Source: Gemmatimonadota bacterium
Lineage (GTDB): Bacteria > Gemmatimonadota > Gemmatimonadetes > Gemmatimonadales > GWC2-71-9
Assembly (NCBI GenBank): GCA_041497135.1
Contig: JBGQFX010000011.1
Coordinates: forward strand, 5,908-69,907
DNA: 64,000 bases
Reading direction: 5' to 3'
Part shown: positions 38,918 through 48,961 of the stretch, one piece after another
How positions within the stretch are numbered: position 1 is the first letter of the stretch
Layout of the letters: each line of letters starts with the position of its first letter
Program-made: the position numbers and the translations under genes
The notes under the pieces: model-generated
Seen by the model: only the letters and a program-made list of their open reading frames with translations
The model's database searches: none
Told to the model about the DNA's origin: nothing

Positions 38918-41900
38918 TTGCCTGCGCTCATGAGATCCTCAGGCCGTCTCGGTCTGCGCGCGGCGCTGCTTTCCGCGACGCTCGTCACCTGTACCAGCGA
39001 TCATCCGACCGGCCCCGGCCGCTTCGGGCGAGGGGTTCTGGCGATCCGTCCGGTGCTGGCGTCGCCGGTGGATCTCGCGGCCTTCGGGCTCATTGTCGAC
39101 CGTCTGCGCGTGGTCGCCGTCCGTCCGGTGGCGGATACGGCGCTCGACACCACGGTCGTCTTCAGTCCCGATTCGGCGTCGTTGCACCTCTCGCTGTCCG
39201 TGTTGCTCCACGCAGCGGTGGAGACGTTCGTCATCCACCTGGAGCTGCGGGCGGGCTCCGTGGTCCTCTTTTCGGGCGTCGATACGGCGCAGGTCTCGAG
39301 TGGCCCGCCGGATACGTCGTCCGCCGCGACCATCCCGCTCAGCTACGTCGGGCCGGGTTCGGGACTCACGAAATTGAGTATCGGGCCGCGCGATTCGGTC
39401 CTCACGCTCCGCGACTCGCTGCGCTTCACGGCCGCCGCCGAATCACTCGGCGTCTCGATCGCTTCCTTCTATGTGCACTGGTCCACCAGCGACACCGTAA
39501 ACGCCCCGATCAACGGGGCCGGCCTGCTGCGCGCTCCCAATGCGCGCGGCGGTGTGGTCGTGCGGGCGGTGACCCCGAACGGCGTGAAGGATTCGACCCG
39601 GGTCACATTCGTACCGGTACCGGCGGCTGTCGCGGCGTTCGCGGGCTCAGGCCAGTCGGGTACGGTCGGCACCCGGCTTCCCGTGCCGCTGCGGGCCCGA
39701 GTGAAAGCGAGCGACTCACTCGGCGTGCAGGGCGTCCCGGTGCGGTTCCAGGCGCTGAGCGGCGGAAGCGTAAAGGACTCGGTGGTACTGACCGACAGCC
39801 TCGGCTTCGCCGCAGACACGGCGACTCTCGACACCCTCGCCGGCGTGAAGAGTTACCGGGCCTCGGTTGGCGCGTTGACGGCGACCTTCAGCGCGACTGC
39901 CACGGCGGGCGCCATCACGGCGGCTCAGTCCGTGGTCACCGTGTCCAGCGCCACCGTCGCTTCGGGCACCGGCGTCACGCTGACGCTGCGCGGCAAGGAC
40001 CAGTTCGGCAACAACCTCACGACCGGCGGTGCGACCGTCCTGTTCAGTGCCACCGGTGGGACGAGCTCCGGTAACATCGCGCCCAGCCCGGCGACGGATA
40101 ACAACGACGGTACCTACACCGCAACCTTCACCGGACTCCTCGTCGGATCGGCCACGACGATCGGCGCGACGATCAACGGCACCGCCGTCTCGACGGCGTT
40201 GCCCACGATCACCGTCACCGCGGGTGCGATCTCGCCGCTCACGTCTCTCGTCACGACCTCGAGCGGCACCGTGTCGTCCGGCGCAACCGCGACGTTGACC
40301 CTCCAGGCCAAGGACTCGGCCGGCAATTCGCTGGCCACGGGCGGGGCGACGGTCGTCTTCTCCCGTGCCGGCGGCACCAGCACCGGCAGCATCGTGCCCA
40401 GCCCGGCGACCGACAACAGCAACGGCACCTACACCGCGACCTTCACCGCCGATTCCGCCGGCACGGCGACCACGATCCGGGCCACGATCGGCGGTGTGCT
40501 GGCCACTTCTACGACGCCGATCACGGTCGTGCCGGGCAACACCACCGCCGCCCAGTCGGTGATCACGGTATTGCCCGATACGATTCAGGCGGGCGGCGCG
40601 TCGACGCTGAAGCTCCAGGCGAAGGATGGGGCGGGCAACAACATCACGACCGGCGGGCTGACCGTCGTGTTCAGCCATTCCGGCGGGACGAGCACCGGCA
40701 CCATCGCGCCGAGCCCCGCGACGGACAACAACAACGGTACGTACACGGCAACGTTTACCGGTCAGACGGCCGGGACGGCGACCACGATCCACGCCACGAT
40801 CAACGCCGTGCAGGTGACGTCCACGCTGCCGACCATCACCGTCACCTCCAGCGGCATCTCGGCGGTGACGTCCGTGGTCACCAGCACCGATTCACTATTG
40901 CCGGTGAGCGGCGTGGCCACGCTGACGCTTCAGGCGAAGGATGGCTCGGGCAACGTGATCACCAGCGGCGGCGCGGCCGTCGTGTTTACGCAGTCGGGTG
41001 GCACCAGCACTGGTAATTTCAGCATCACAACCGATCACAACGATGGCACGTACACCGCGACGTTCACCGCGGTGAATGCCGGCACGCCCACCCAGATCGG
41101 CGCGACGATCAACGGCACGGCCGTGACGTCAGTGCCGCTGCCCACGATCCGCGTCTTCTCCTCGGTCCATACGGCCGATATCCTGGCCGATTCGACTTGG
41201 ACTGCGGCGGCGAGCCCGCACATCGTCAGCACCTACCTCCGTATTCGCAACGGTGCGACGCTCACCATTCAACCGGGCGCCACGGTGAAGTTCGATGCCG
41301 GGGCCGGGCTGCAGGTCGGCGACACGGCATCGAACCAGGCGGGCCGGCTGAACATGGACGGCGCCGCGCTCGGCATCATCCTCACGGCCAATACCGCGAC
41401 GCCCGTACCGGGCTTCTGGCGCGGCATCGAGGTACAGCGTGCCCTTGGTGGTCCGGCCTGGCAGAATACGACGATCGAATACGGCGGCGGCACACGGTCG
41501 CCGTTCGGCGGCGTCCTCGCCGAGGCCTGCGTCCTGATCGTGAATCGCTCCGGGGCCGCGCTCGACTTGGACAGCCTGCACATTCGCAAGTGCGTGCACG
41601 CCGCGATCCATCATTTCGGCGGCACGGCGCATGTGCACCGCACCACGATCGACTCGGTCACGGGCTCGGGCATCCACGTCGACTTTGACGCGCAGCTCGA
41701 GCTCGATTCGACCACGATCCGCGGATCGGGGCAGGAGGGGCTGTTCTTCGCCAGCCTGACCTCGCGCCTGCTGCCCTCGAGTGGCAACCGGGTCTTGGGC
41801 AGCGCGGGAACGGGCATTCATCTGAACGCATTCCAATTGCCCGGACTGTTGAAGCAAGATTCGATCGTGGGAAACGGAGTCAACTTCGGCACCAACTTCA

Positions 41901-44900
41901 TCGAGGTGCAGGGGGGGCGGCCCGACTCGACCGTCGCCGCGTTCACGATCTTCGCCCAGCCCCAGCTGATCGGCTTGAACGGCTACCTGATTCGCCAGTT
42001 CGGTGGCCTGCTCGATATCGGCCGAGTCGGTGGGCAGGCGGTGACGCTCGATTCGAATGTGGTGCTGCGGTTCGAAGGACAGACGGGCCTCCGGATCGGC
42101 GACAGCGCGGGGACGCGCAGCGGCACGATCCGCTCGCTCGCCACGAACACGCTGAACCGGGCGGCTTTGACCGCGTCGAGTGCGGGACTCCCGGGCGCCT
42201 GGGTCGGGCTCGAAATCGGCCGGTTATCCGGGCCCGACACGCTGCGGTTCATCCGGATCGACTACGCTGGTGATTCTATTCCGAATTACACTCGCCATCG
42301 CGCCGGCCTGTATATCCGCAACCCGGTAGCGGTGCCATTCGTGCTGGATCGTGCGAACATCACCACGAGCGGTTCCACCGGCTCGGTCGCCAATTCGGCG
42401 GGCATCGGGATCGCGGGAACCGGCGGCACCGAGATCCGCAACAGCGTGCTGTTGCAAAACGTGGGCTTCGGGATCGCGATCCAGGACAAAGGCTTCAAGA
42501 TCGTGAACGACACGATCCAGAATCACACGATCGGCATCTTCGCGTACATGGAAGGCGGCACACAGCTTACCGCCGCCGATTCCATTTCGGGGAACACGTT
42601 CCCCGGCACGCAATACGCGGTGTCACTCACGGCTGCGGCACTGCGGGCCTTGCAGGGCAACGCGATTACCACGGCCGCCTCGGACACGCTGCTCTTCGGC
42701 GGTGGGTTGCTCACCACCAGTGTGACGCTGCCCAATTTCCCGGGCTACGTGTGGCGGGCCACCAAGACGACGACCATCGATGCGGGTGCTACGTTCACAC
42801 TGGCTCCGGGAGATACGATCGCGTTCGACAGCTCGGCGGGCATCCAGGTTGGTGGGCTCTCTCCCGCCGCCCTCGCAGCCGACGGGTCGACGGGAAAGAT
42901 CCTGCTCACGGCCAGCGGCCCCTTGCCGCAGGGCTGGCACGGCGTCGACTTCCACCTGATGTCCGGCTCGGGTTCGACGACCAATAACGTGTTCCGCCAC
43001 GTCGACGTCGATCGCGCCGGGTACTACGTCCCCTGCTTCGGCGAGTGCTACCCGATCCCGTTCGGGGCGCTGCGGTTCACCGATTCGATTGCGCCGACCG
43101 ACGTCGATCTGTCGATCACGGATATCATCGTGCGCCGCTCGAACTCCATCGCGCTGGACTTCCAGCGCGGCGGGACGGGAACCGTCAGTATCGCCGGCAG
43201 TCAGTTTTACGACAACAAACCCGACCCGATGATCCAGACGCGGTTTGGACAGGGGAGCCATTTATCGATTTCGGGATCGGATTTGTATCACTACCGCGGG
43301 CGGGTGATCCAGAGTGCCTATCGGGGCGGCACAGCAGACTCGGTGAACCTCGTGAACGATTGGTGGGGCGACCTCGCCGGTCCTGACACCGGGTACTTCT
43401 ACTACCCTGACAGTCTGGGGCGCGCCAGCCTGAACCAGAACGCGGCCCTGGTCCTTCCGTTCGCGAGCGCCCCGTTCTTCCCGGTTGGCCCGGGCACCGG
43501 CGTTGTGCCGACGCGCGACAGCCTGCTGAGCTCGGTCAACATGGGCGACTCGATCGGGATCTATGCTCGTGTGATCGAGGCGAACGGCCGTGGCGTGGGG
43601 GCGCAGACGGTATCCTGGACGCCGATTCCGAGCCTTGCCAGCTTACTCGCGCCGAGCAGCTCCCAGAGCGACATCGGTGGCCGAGTGAACGTGGGGTGGA
43701 AGTTCACCAACACGGCCGGGCGGCTGACGGCACACGCTACCGGTGGTGGGGGCTTCACCGACTACTTCATCGACGTGATTCCGGGGTTGACAACCGCGGT
43801 CAGTTGGAACGTGCTGAACAAACCGGTCTCGGAAGGGACGGCGACCGGACCCAGGGCGATCACCTTTACCAGCACTAATCGTCGAGGGGTAATCGTCACG
43901 CACGCCCACGACGGCTTCAACAACGCCACGCACATGTCGTCGTACTGCTTCGATGTCGTCGGGGGGACCTGCTACACCTACCCGGTCCCGGGTGCGATCG
44001 ACTCGGTCCACACGAGTGGTGGAGTTGACGGAGACACGATCTTTTTCCATTCGAACGTGACGACGCCCTCACCGTTCGTGCTACGCGCGACGTACACGCA
44101 GGTGTCGGGCCAATTCCAAGACTCGGTCGTGATCACCATGAGCGCGGTCGCTGCCGGCGTGAAGATCGACCGCGATCCGTACACCTTTAACGGCATCCAG
44201 ACTGCCCCGGACACGGCGGTGTTCAACTCGATCTGCCCGAGCGGCCAGCCGAACTTCTATTGCCAGGTCGAATACCATGCGTTTGTCGTCGATTCCGGGC
44301 TCACCCCGTTCGGCAACCAGAACGCCCAGTTCCAGTGGACCCTGCTGCCGCCCGCGACCCCACCGGTCACGTTTACCACGCGCGGGGCTCCGGCCAATGA
44401 TTCGGCGACGGTGACCGCGCAGTCGAACGGCTTCGTCCGTTTCGTCGTGAAGGACATCAGCGCGAACAACTTTGGCTCCGACACGATGCCCATTCTCGTC
44501 AATCAGGTGCCGGGTTACATCTACGTGAGCCCGGACACGATCAGCGTGTCTGTGGGCGGGACGACAACCTTCAAGGCGACGGTCACCGACTTCGGCGGCG
44601 ATACGATGCCCACGGTGCCGATCCACTGGCGGCCCGACAACCCGTTCAATCCGCACCTCAAGATCACCGATACCACGGTGGCGCATCAGGCGGTCGTGCG
44701 TCTGGACAGCACGCCGTTCGGCAGGGAGTACGTGACGGCATTTTCGCCACGCGCGCCGGGCGACACGGCGTACGGCTATGCGCAGGTGATCAACCCGGTG
44801 CTGAAACCGATCAACGTCGACGTGCAGCCGTGGGCCATCGCGGCGAACTCGCAGACCCATGCCGTGTACGCGGGACACCAGGGAGGCCAACTGTACCGGA

Positions 44901-45721
44901 TCGACGGGACCACCGGCACGGCTACTGACTCGACCAACACCGGGTTGACAGTGGCCGCGGTCGCCGTGAACCTGGTCACGAACCGGGTGTACGCCGCCAC
45001 CGACTCGGGCGTGGCGGTGCTCGACGGAACGACGCTCTCGCGCGTCGCTATGGTGGCCGTCGGCAAGAACGATCAAGGGGTGCAGAACCGCCAGGGGCTG
45101 ACGGTCGATTCGATCAACAACCGGATCTACGTCACTGTGGTGGCGCCGGGCGCGTCGCCACTGCCCGTGCTGCGCCGCATCGACGGCATCTCCTTCTCGG
45201 CGACAAACGACGTGGCGCTGCCGGATACCGGCAACGGCGCCGTGTTCAACCCGAACGACGGCTTCGTGTATGTGACGATTCCCGACAGCAACCTGGTCGT
45301 GGCGGTGAATCCGGCGACCAAGACCATCGCGAAGCGGATTCCGGTTGGGAGCGAGCCGTTCGCCATCGCCTTGAACCCGGTCACGAACCGGTTGTACGTG
45401 ATCGACCAGATCTTCACGTCCAACTACCCGTTCAACCTCTACGTCATCGACGCGGCGGCTGGAGCCGTGGTGGCGACGATTCCAATGGGGTTCCAAACGG
45501 CGAGCCTGGCGGTCGACGCCGTGAACAACCGCGTCTACGTCGGAGCGAGGTACAATGGGTACGTGTCCGTCATCGATGGCGCGACGGACTTCTTCCTGGG
45601 CACGGTGAACGCCACCGGGTTCTACTCCGATCAGGAGCTCGGGGTGGCTTTCGACGCGGCCAACGGGCACGTCTACACCGCCAACTACTCCTCGGCCTCG
45701 ATCACGCGCCTGAAGTACTGA
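38918..45721 (+). CDS. Giant (2,267 aa) modular surface lipoprotein: Ig-like repeats + parallel beta-helix + Ig-like region + YVTN beta-propeller
   Basis: Lipobox LLSATLVTC (alternative ATG start at 38930). A Big_2-like domain is followed by four ~104-aa invasin/Big_1-like repeats. Pectate-lyase-type beta-helix turns span ~41.2-43.3 kb (IRNGATLTIQPGATVKFDAGAGLQVGD; NVGFGIAIQDKGFKIVNDTIQNHTIGIF). The C-terminus carries YVTN-type blades (NRVYAATDSGVAVLDG, NRIYVTV, NRLYVIDQ, NRVYVGARYNGYVSVIDG). Confidence 0.85.
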   Translation: MPALMRSSGRLGLRAALLSATLVTCTSDHPTGPGRFGRGVLAIRPVLASPVDLAAFGLIVDRLRVVAVRPVADTALDTTVVFSPDSASLHLSLSVLLHAAVETFVIHLELRAGSVVLFSGVDTAQVSSGPPDTSSAATIPLSYVGPGSGLTKLSIGPRDSVLTLRDSLRFTAAAESLGVSIASFYVHWSTSDTVNAPINGAGLLRAPNARGGVVVRAVTPNGVKDSTRVTFVPVPAAVAAFAGSGQSGTVGTRLPVPLRARVKASDSLGVQGVPVRFQALSGGSVKDSVVLTDSLGFAADTATLDTLAGVKSYRASVGALTATFSATATAGAITAAQSVVTVSSATVASGTGVTLTLRGKDQFGNNLTTGGATVLFSATGGTSSGNIAPSPATDNNDGTYTATFTGLLVGSATTIGATINGTAVSTALPTITVTAGAISPLTSLVTTSSGTVSSGATATLTLQAKDSAGNSLATGGATVVFSRAGGTSTGSIVPSPATDNSNGTYTATFTADSAGTATTIRATIGGVLATSTTPITVVPGNTTAAQSVITVLPDTIQAGGASTLKLQAKDGAGNNITTGGLTVVFSHSGGTSTGTIAPSPATDNNNGTYTATFTGQTAGTATTIHATINAVQVTSTLPTITVTSSGISAVTSVVTSTDSLLPVSGVATLTLQAKDGSGNVITSGGAAVVFTQSGGTSTGNFSITTDHNDGTYTATFTAVNAGTPTQIGATINGTAVTSVPLPTIRVFSSVHTADILADSTWTAAASPHIVSTYLRIRNGATLTIQPGATVKFDAGAGLQVGDTASNQAGRLNMDGAALGIILTANTATPVPGFWRGIEVQRALGGPAWQNTTIEYGGGTRSPFGGVLAEACVLIVNRSGAALDLDSLHIRKCVHAAIHHFGGTAHVHRTTIDSVTGSGIHVDFDAQLELDSTTIRGSGQEGLFFASLTSRLLPSSGNRVLGSAGTGIHLNAFQLPGLLKQDSIVGNGVNFGTNFIEVQGGRPDSTVAAFTIFAQPQLIGLNGYLIRQFGGLLDIGRVGGQAVTLDSNVVLRFEGQTGLRIGDSAGTRSGTIRSLATNTLNRAALTASSAGLPGAWVGLEIGRLSGPDTLRFIRIDYAGDSIPNYTRHRAGLYIRNPVAVPFVLDRANITTSGSTGSVANSAGIGIAGTGGTEIRNSVLLQNVGFGIAIQDKGFKIVNDTIQNHTIGIFAYMEGGTQLTAADSISGNTFPGTQYAVSLTAAALRALQGNAITTAASDTLLFGGGLLTTSVTLPNFPGYVWRATKTTTIDAGATFTLAPGDTIAFDSSAGIQVGGLSPAALAADGSTGKILLTASGPLPQGWHGVDFHLMSGSGSTTNNVFRHVDVDRAGYYVPCFGECYPIPFGALRFTDSIAPTDVDLSITDIIVRRSNSIALDFQRGGTGTVSIAGSQFYDNKPDPMIQTRFGQGSHLSISGSDLYHYRGRVIQSAYRGGTADSVNLVNDWWGDLAGPDTGYFYYPDSLGRASLNQNAALVLPFASAPFFPVGPGTGVVPTRDSLLSSVNMGDSIGIYARVIEANGRGVGAQTVSWTPIPSLASLLAPSSSQSDIGGRVNVGWKFTNTAGRLTAHATGGGGFTDYFIDVIPGLTTAVSWNVLNKPVSEGTATGPRAITFTSTNRRGVIVTHAHDGFNNATHMSSYCFDVVGGTCYTYPVPGAIDSVHTSGGVDGDTIFFHSNVTTPSPFVLRATYTQVSGQFQDSVVITMSAVAAGVKIDRDPYTFNGIQTAPDTAVFNSICPSGQPNFYCQVEYHAFVVDSGLTPFGNQNAQFQWTLLPPATPPVTFTTRGAPANDSATVTAQSNGFVRFVVKDISANNFGSDTMPILVNQVPGYIYVSPDTISVSVGGTTTFKATVTDFGGDTMPTVPIHWRPDNPFNPHLKITDTTVAHQAVVRLDSTPFGREYVTAFSPRAPGDTAYGYAQVINPVLKPINVDVQPWAIAANSQTHAVYAGHQGGQLYRIDGTTGTATDSTNTGLTVAAVAVNLVTNRVYAATDSGVAVLDGTTLSRVAMVAVGKNDQGVQNRQGLTVDSINNRIYVTVVAPGASPLPVLRRIDGISFSATNDVALPDTGNGAVFNPNDGFVYVTIPDSNLVVAVNPATKTIAKRIPVGSEPFAIALNPVTNRLYVIDQIFTSNYPFNLYVIDAAAGAVVATIPMGFQTASLAVDAVNNRVYVGARYNGYVSVIDGATDFFLGTVNATGFYSDQELGVAFDAANGHVYTANYSSASITRLKY
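39905..41158 (+). repeat. Four tandem ~313-bp (104-105 aa) Ig-like coding repeats inside the giant gene
   Basis: Units start at 39905, 40220, 40532 and 40847. The shared core is ..TLTL(Q/R)(A/G)KD..GN.(L/I)T(T/S)GGA.V.FS..GGTS(T/S)G.I.PSPATDN.(D/N)GTYTATFT....G.AT.I.ATI.G. Confidence 0.9.
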
Positions 45722-45741
45722 CCGGTTAGATTCCGGTTTCC

Positions 45742-46962
45742 ATGCACCGCCGCAGAACCGTCACCGTCGCCGTGGGCGGCGTGAAGGTGGGCTCGGCCCA
45801 CCCGATCGTCGTCCAGTCGATGACCAACACCGACACCGCCGACGTCGACGGCACCGTCGCCCAGGTGCGGGCCCTGCATGAGGCCGGGTCCGAGTTGGTC
45901 CGCGTCACCGTCAACAACGACGCCGCGGCCCAGGCGGTCCCCGCCATCGTCGCCCAGGTGGACGTCCCGGTCATCGGCGATTTCCACTACAACGGTCACC
46001 TGCTGCTCACCAAGTACCCGCAGTGCGCCGGGGCGCTCGCCAAGTACCGCATCAATCCGGGCAATGTCGGCGCCAAGCGTCGCGACGACAACTTCCGCAC
46101 CATCGTCCAGGTCGCGATCGACCGGGGCAAGCCGGTCCGCATCGGCGTCAACTGGGGCAGTCTCGATCAGCAGTTGCTCACCGAGATGATGGACGCGAAC
46201 GCGAAGGCCGCCGAGTCGCGCGACGCGCGTGACGTCACCATGGACGCCATGGTCGAAAGCGCGCTCCGCTCGGCGGCGCTCGCCGAGGAGACCGGCCTGC
46301 CGCACGATCGCATCATTCTCTCCGCCAAAGTGTCGGGCGTGCAGGACCTGGTGGATGTGTACCGCCAGCTCGCGCGTCGGGCCGACTACCCGCTCCATCT
46401 GGGCCTCACCGAAGCCGGCATGGGGAGCAAGGGCGTCGTCGCCAGCAGCGCCGCGCTCGCGATTCTGCTGCAGGAGGGAATCGGCGACACGATCCGCGTC
46501 TCCCTGACCCCGCGCCCCTCCGGGGATCGAACTGAGGAGGTTCAGGTCGCCCAACAGATTCTGCAGTCGCTCGGGATTCGCAGCTTCAGTCCGCAAGTCA
46601 CCGCATGCCCCGGTTGCGGACGAACCACGTCCACGTTTTTCCAGCAAATGGCGGAGCAGATCCAGGAGTACCTGCGGGTCCGGCGGCCCGAATGGCAGCG
46701 GCGCTATTCTGGATCGGAGGAGCTGCGCGTGGCGGTGATGGGGTGTGTCGTCAACGGCCCCGGCGAATCCAAGCACGCCGACATCGGCATTTCGTTGCCG
46801 GGCACGTCCGAGGAGCCGAAGGCCCCGGTCTACATCGATGGGCGGTTACGCGTGACCCTGAAGGGTGAGACGATCGTCGCCGATTTCCTGCGGCTACTGG
46901 AGGAGTACGTGGCGACGCGCTGGAGCGGTCAACCGGCGCCGGCGTCCGCCTCGACCGGATGA
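45742..46962 (+). CDS. ispG: 4-hydroxy-3-methylbut-2-en-1-yl diphosphate synthase (flavodoxin) IspG/GcpE
   Basis: [55 protein letters not shown], and the Fe-S cysteines ..[10 protein letters not shown].. and ..[11 protein letters not shown].. Confidence 0.95.
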   Translation: MHRRRTVTVAVGGVKVGSAHPIVVQSMTNTDTADVDGTVAQVRALHEAGSELVRVTVNNDAAAQAVPAIVAQVDVPVIGDFHYNGHLLLTKYPQCAGALAKYRINPGNVGAKRRDDNFRTIVQVAIDRGKPVRIGVNWGSLDQQLLTEMMDANAKAAESRDARDVTMDAMVESALRSAALAEETGLPHDRIILSAKVSGVQDLVDVYRQLARRADYPLHLGLTEAGMGSKGVVASSAALAILLQEGIGDTIRVSLTPRPSGDRTEEVQVAQQILQSLGIRSFSPQVTACPGCGRTTSTFFQQMAEQIQEYLRVRRPEWQRRYSGSEELRVAVMGCVVNGPGESKHADIGISLPGTSEEPKAPVYIDGRLRVTLKGETIVADFLRLLEEYVATRWSGQPAPASASTG

Positions 46963-48374
46963 CCCGCGGCCTGCCACGCCGAGTATCCCCCCTCGAATTT
47001 CACCACGTTGGTCCGTCCCATGCGTTGCAGCAGACTTGCCGCGATCGCGGCGCGACTCCCGGTTTGACAGTGCACGACGATCGTACCGGAAGCCGGGAGT
47101 TCGGCCAGCCGGCCCGCGAGCTCGCCCAGCGGGATGTGGCGGGCACCGGGGAGGTGGCCGGCGTCCCACTCCGCTCGGCTCCGTACGTCCACCAGAAGGA
47201 CGGCATCGTGCCGCAGCTGATCCTCGAGCTGTTGCACCGTGACGCTGCGGATGATGGCCGGCCGCGTGCCCGCGGCCCGGCGCCGATCCAGCGCCGAGGC
47301 ATCGAGCTCGGCGAATCCCGCGACCCGGTCCAAGCCGATCAGTCCCAGCTCGCGCACCGCCTGGTCGAGGGCATCGGGCCGGGCGGCATCCACCAGCAGA
47401 GCGAAATCCTGAGTGTAGGGGACCAGCCAGCCGGCCCATCCGGTGAACGCCCGGTTGAGCGGGATGTTGAGGGTGCGGGGAACATGGCCGGCGGCGAAGT
47501 CCTTTGCCGCCCGCGTGTCCACGACCATGGTGCCATCGGCGATCAGCTGATCGATGCGCGCCAGGTCGATGCGCGGCGGGCGCGGCCGCTCGCCCAGGAG
47601 CCGCGGCCCGTCGCGATTGATCCGCTTCATCTCGGCGAAGTAGGTCGGCGGCTCCGGCTGCCCCGCCAGCACCGTCGCGACGAATTCGTCTTCCGACGTG
47701 GTGCGCAGCGCCCAGTTGGCCAGGCGCTCGTAGCCGAGCGTGCTCTGGGGCATGGCCCCCAGCGCCTTGCCGCACGCCGAGCCGGCCCCGTGGCCGGGCC
47801 AGATCTGGAGATAGTCGGGCAACCCGCGCAGACCTTGGACCGAGCGGAACAGCTGGCGGGCGGCGGCTTCCATTGTGCCCCGTTGATTGGCCACGCGCTC
47901 CAGCAGGTCGGGGCGACCGACATCGCCTACGAACAGGAAATCGCCGGAAAGCATCCCGAGCGGAGCGTCGGAGCCGGCGGTGTCCGTCACCAGGAACGCG
48001 AGATGCTCCGGCGTATGTCCCGGGGTGTGCCGCACGTCGATCCGGACCTTGCCCAGGTCGAAGCGGTCGCCGTGCTTGAGCGGCGACGCCCCGGCGGCTT
48101 CGGCATACCCGTATCGCCAATCGGGACCGCCCTCGTCGGAGAGGTGCAGCGTAGCGCCGGTCAGCTGGGCCAGCTCGCGGCTGCCCGAGACGAAATCGGC
48201 ATGAATGTGGGTTTCGGTGACGTGAGTGATGCGCAGCTCCTCGGCCTTGGCGGCATCGATATACGGCGTGACGTCGCGCAGCGGGTCCACGACCACCGCC
48301 TCGCCGGTCGCGTCGCAGCCGATCACGTAGCTGGCCTGGGCCAGGCCGTCGTCGTACAGACGTTTCAGGAGCAC
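46929..48374 (-). CDS. MBL-fold persulfide-dioxygenase-like domain fused to two rhodanese domains (CstB/PRF-like)
   Basis: N-terminal MBL motif [13 protein letters not shown] (HxHxDH). There are two rhodanese-like modules; the C-terminal one has the active-site loop [17 protein letters not shown]. The 3' end overlaps ispG by 34 nt (convergent). Confidence 0.85.
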   Translation of the reverse strand: MLLKRLYDDGLAQASYVIGCDATGEAVVVDPLRDVTPYIDAAKAEELRITHVTETHIHADFVSGSRELAQLTGATLHLSDEGGPDWRYGYAEAAGASPLKHGDRFDLGKVRIDVRHTPGHTPEHLAFLVTDTAGSDAPLGMLSGDFLFVGDVGRPDLLERVANQRGTMEAAARQLFRSVQGLRGLPDYLQIWPGHGAGSACGKALGAMPQSTLGYERLANWALRTTSEDEFVATVLAGQPEPPTYFAEMKRINRDGPRLLGERPRPPRIDLARIDQLIADGTMVVDTRAAKDFAAGHVPRTLNIPLNRAFTGWAGWLVPYTQDFALLVDAARPDALDQAVRELGLIGLDRVAGFAELDASALDRRRAAGTRPAIIRSVTVQQLEDQLRHDAVLLVDVRSRAEWDAGHLPGARHIPLGELAGRLAELPASGTIVVHCQTGSRAAIAASLLQRMGRTNVVKFEGGYSAWQAAGHPVEADAGAG

Positions 48375-48418
48375 TGAGGCTGTATGCTAGCAGTTTCGGC
48401 GAACGTTGTGGAGGCGCC

Positions 48419-48961
48419 ATGACCGCACGGCTGGAGATCACGACGCTGGGAGGCGGCTGCTTCTGGTGCCTCGAGGCGGTGTTTCAGGACCTGAAAGGTG
48501 TGGAGCGCGTCGTCTCGGGCTACGCCGGCGGCAAGACCCTCAATCCGTCCTACGAGGACGTCTGCTCGGGACGCACCGGACACGCCGAAGTCGTCCAGGT
48601 GAGCTTCGATCCCGCGACGCTCTCGTTTCGGGATTTGCTCCAGGTGTTCTTCGGGATCCACGATCCCACTGCGCTCAATCGACAGGGGGCCGATGTCGGC
48701 ACCCAGTACCGATCGGTGGTTTTCTACCAGAGTCCGGGGCAGGAAGCGGCAACCCGTGAGGTGATCGCCGAGCTCGGTGGGGCGGGAATCTGGGCCGATC
48801 CGCTGGTGACGGAGGTCGCTCCGTTGACGGAGTTCTATCCCGCCGAGGCCTACCACCAGGAGTACTTCCGGCGCAATCCGGGGCTGGGGTATTGTCGCGT
48901 CGTGATCGCCCCCAAAGTCGCCAAGTTCCGCAAAGAGCAGTTCGCCCGCCTCAAGGCTTAG
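48419..48961 (+). CDS. msrA: Peptide-methionine (S)-S-oxide reductase MsrA
   Basis: LGGGCFWCLEAVF active-site motif, GYAGG, HAEVVQVSFDP and YHQEYF. GGAGG lies 4 nt upstream of the ATG. Confidence 0.95.
   Translation: MTARLEITTLGGGCFWCLEAVFQDLKGVERVVSGYAGGKTLNPSYEDVCSGRTGHAEVVQVSFDPATLSFRDLLQVFFGIHDPTALNRQGADVGTQYRSVVFYQSPGQEAATREVIAELGGAGIWADPLVTEVAPLTEFYPAEAYHQEYFRRNPGLGYCRVVIAPKVAKFRKEQFARLKA

Noticed and set aside
44081-45670. 529-aa minus-strand ORF inside the giant adhesin gene (similarly 39716..40792 and 42623..43261)
   Set aside because: They are antisense to a frame with clear YVTN, Ig and beta-helix repeats. The translations are Arg/His/Asp-rich with no domain signatures.
45600-45721. 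T9SS-type C-terminal sorting domain on the giant protein
   Set aside because: The C-terminus (..VAFDAANGHVYTANYSSASITRLKY) reads as the last YVTN blade. I could not recognise a Por secretion-tail pattern, so I make no T9SS cargo claim.
46894-48441. 515-aa minus-strand ORF and the 472-aa plus-strand ORF at 46959..48377, both overlapping the MBL-rhodanese gene
   Set aside because: Only the 46929..48374 frame shows the HxHxDH and rhodanese CxxGxR motifs.
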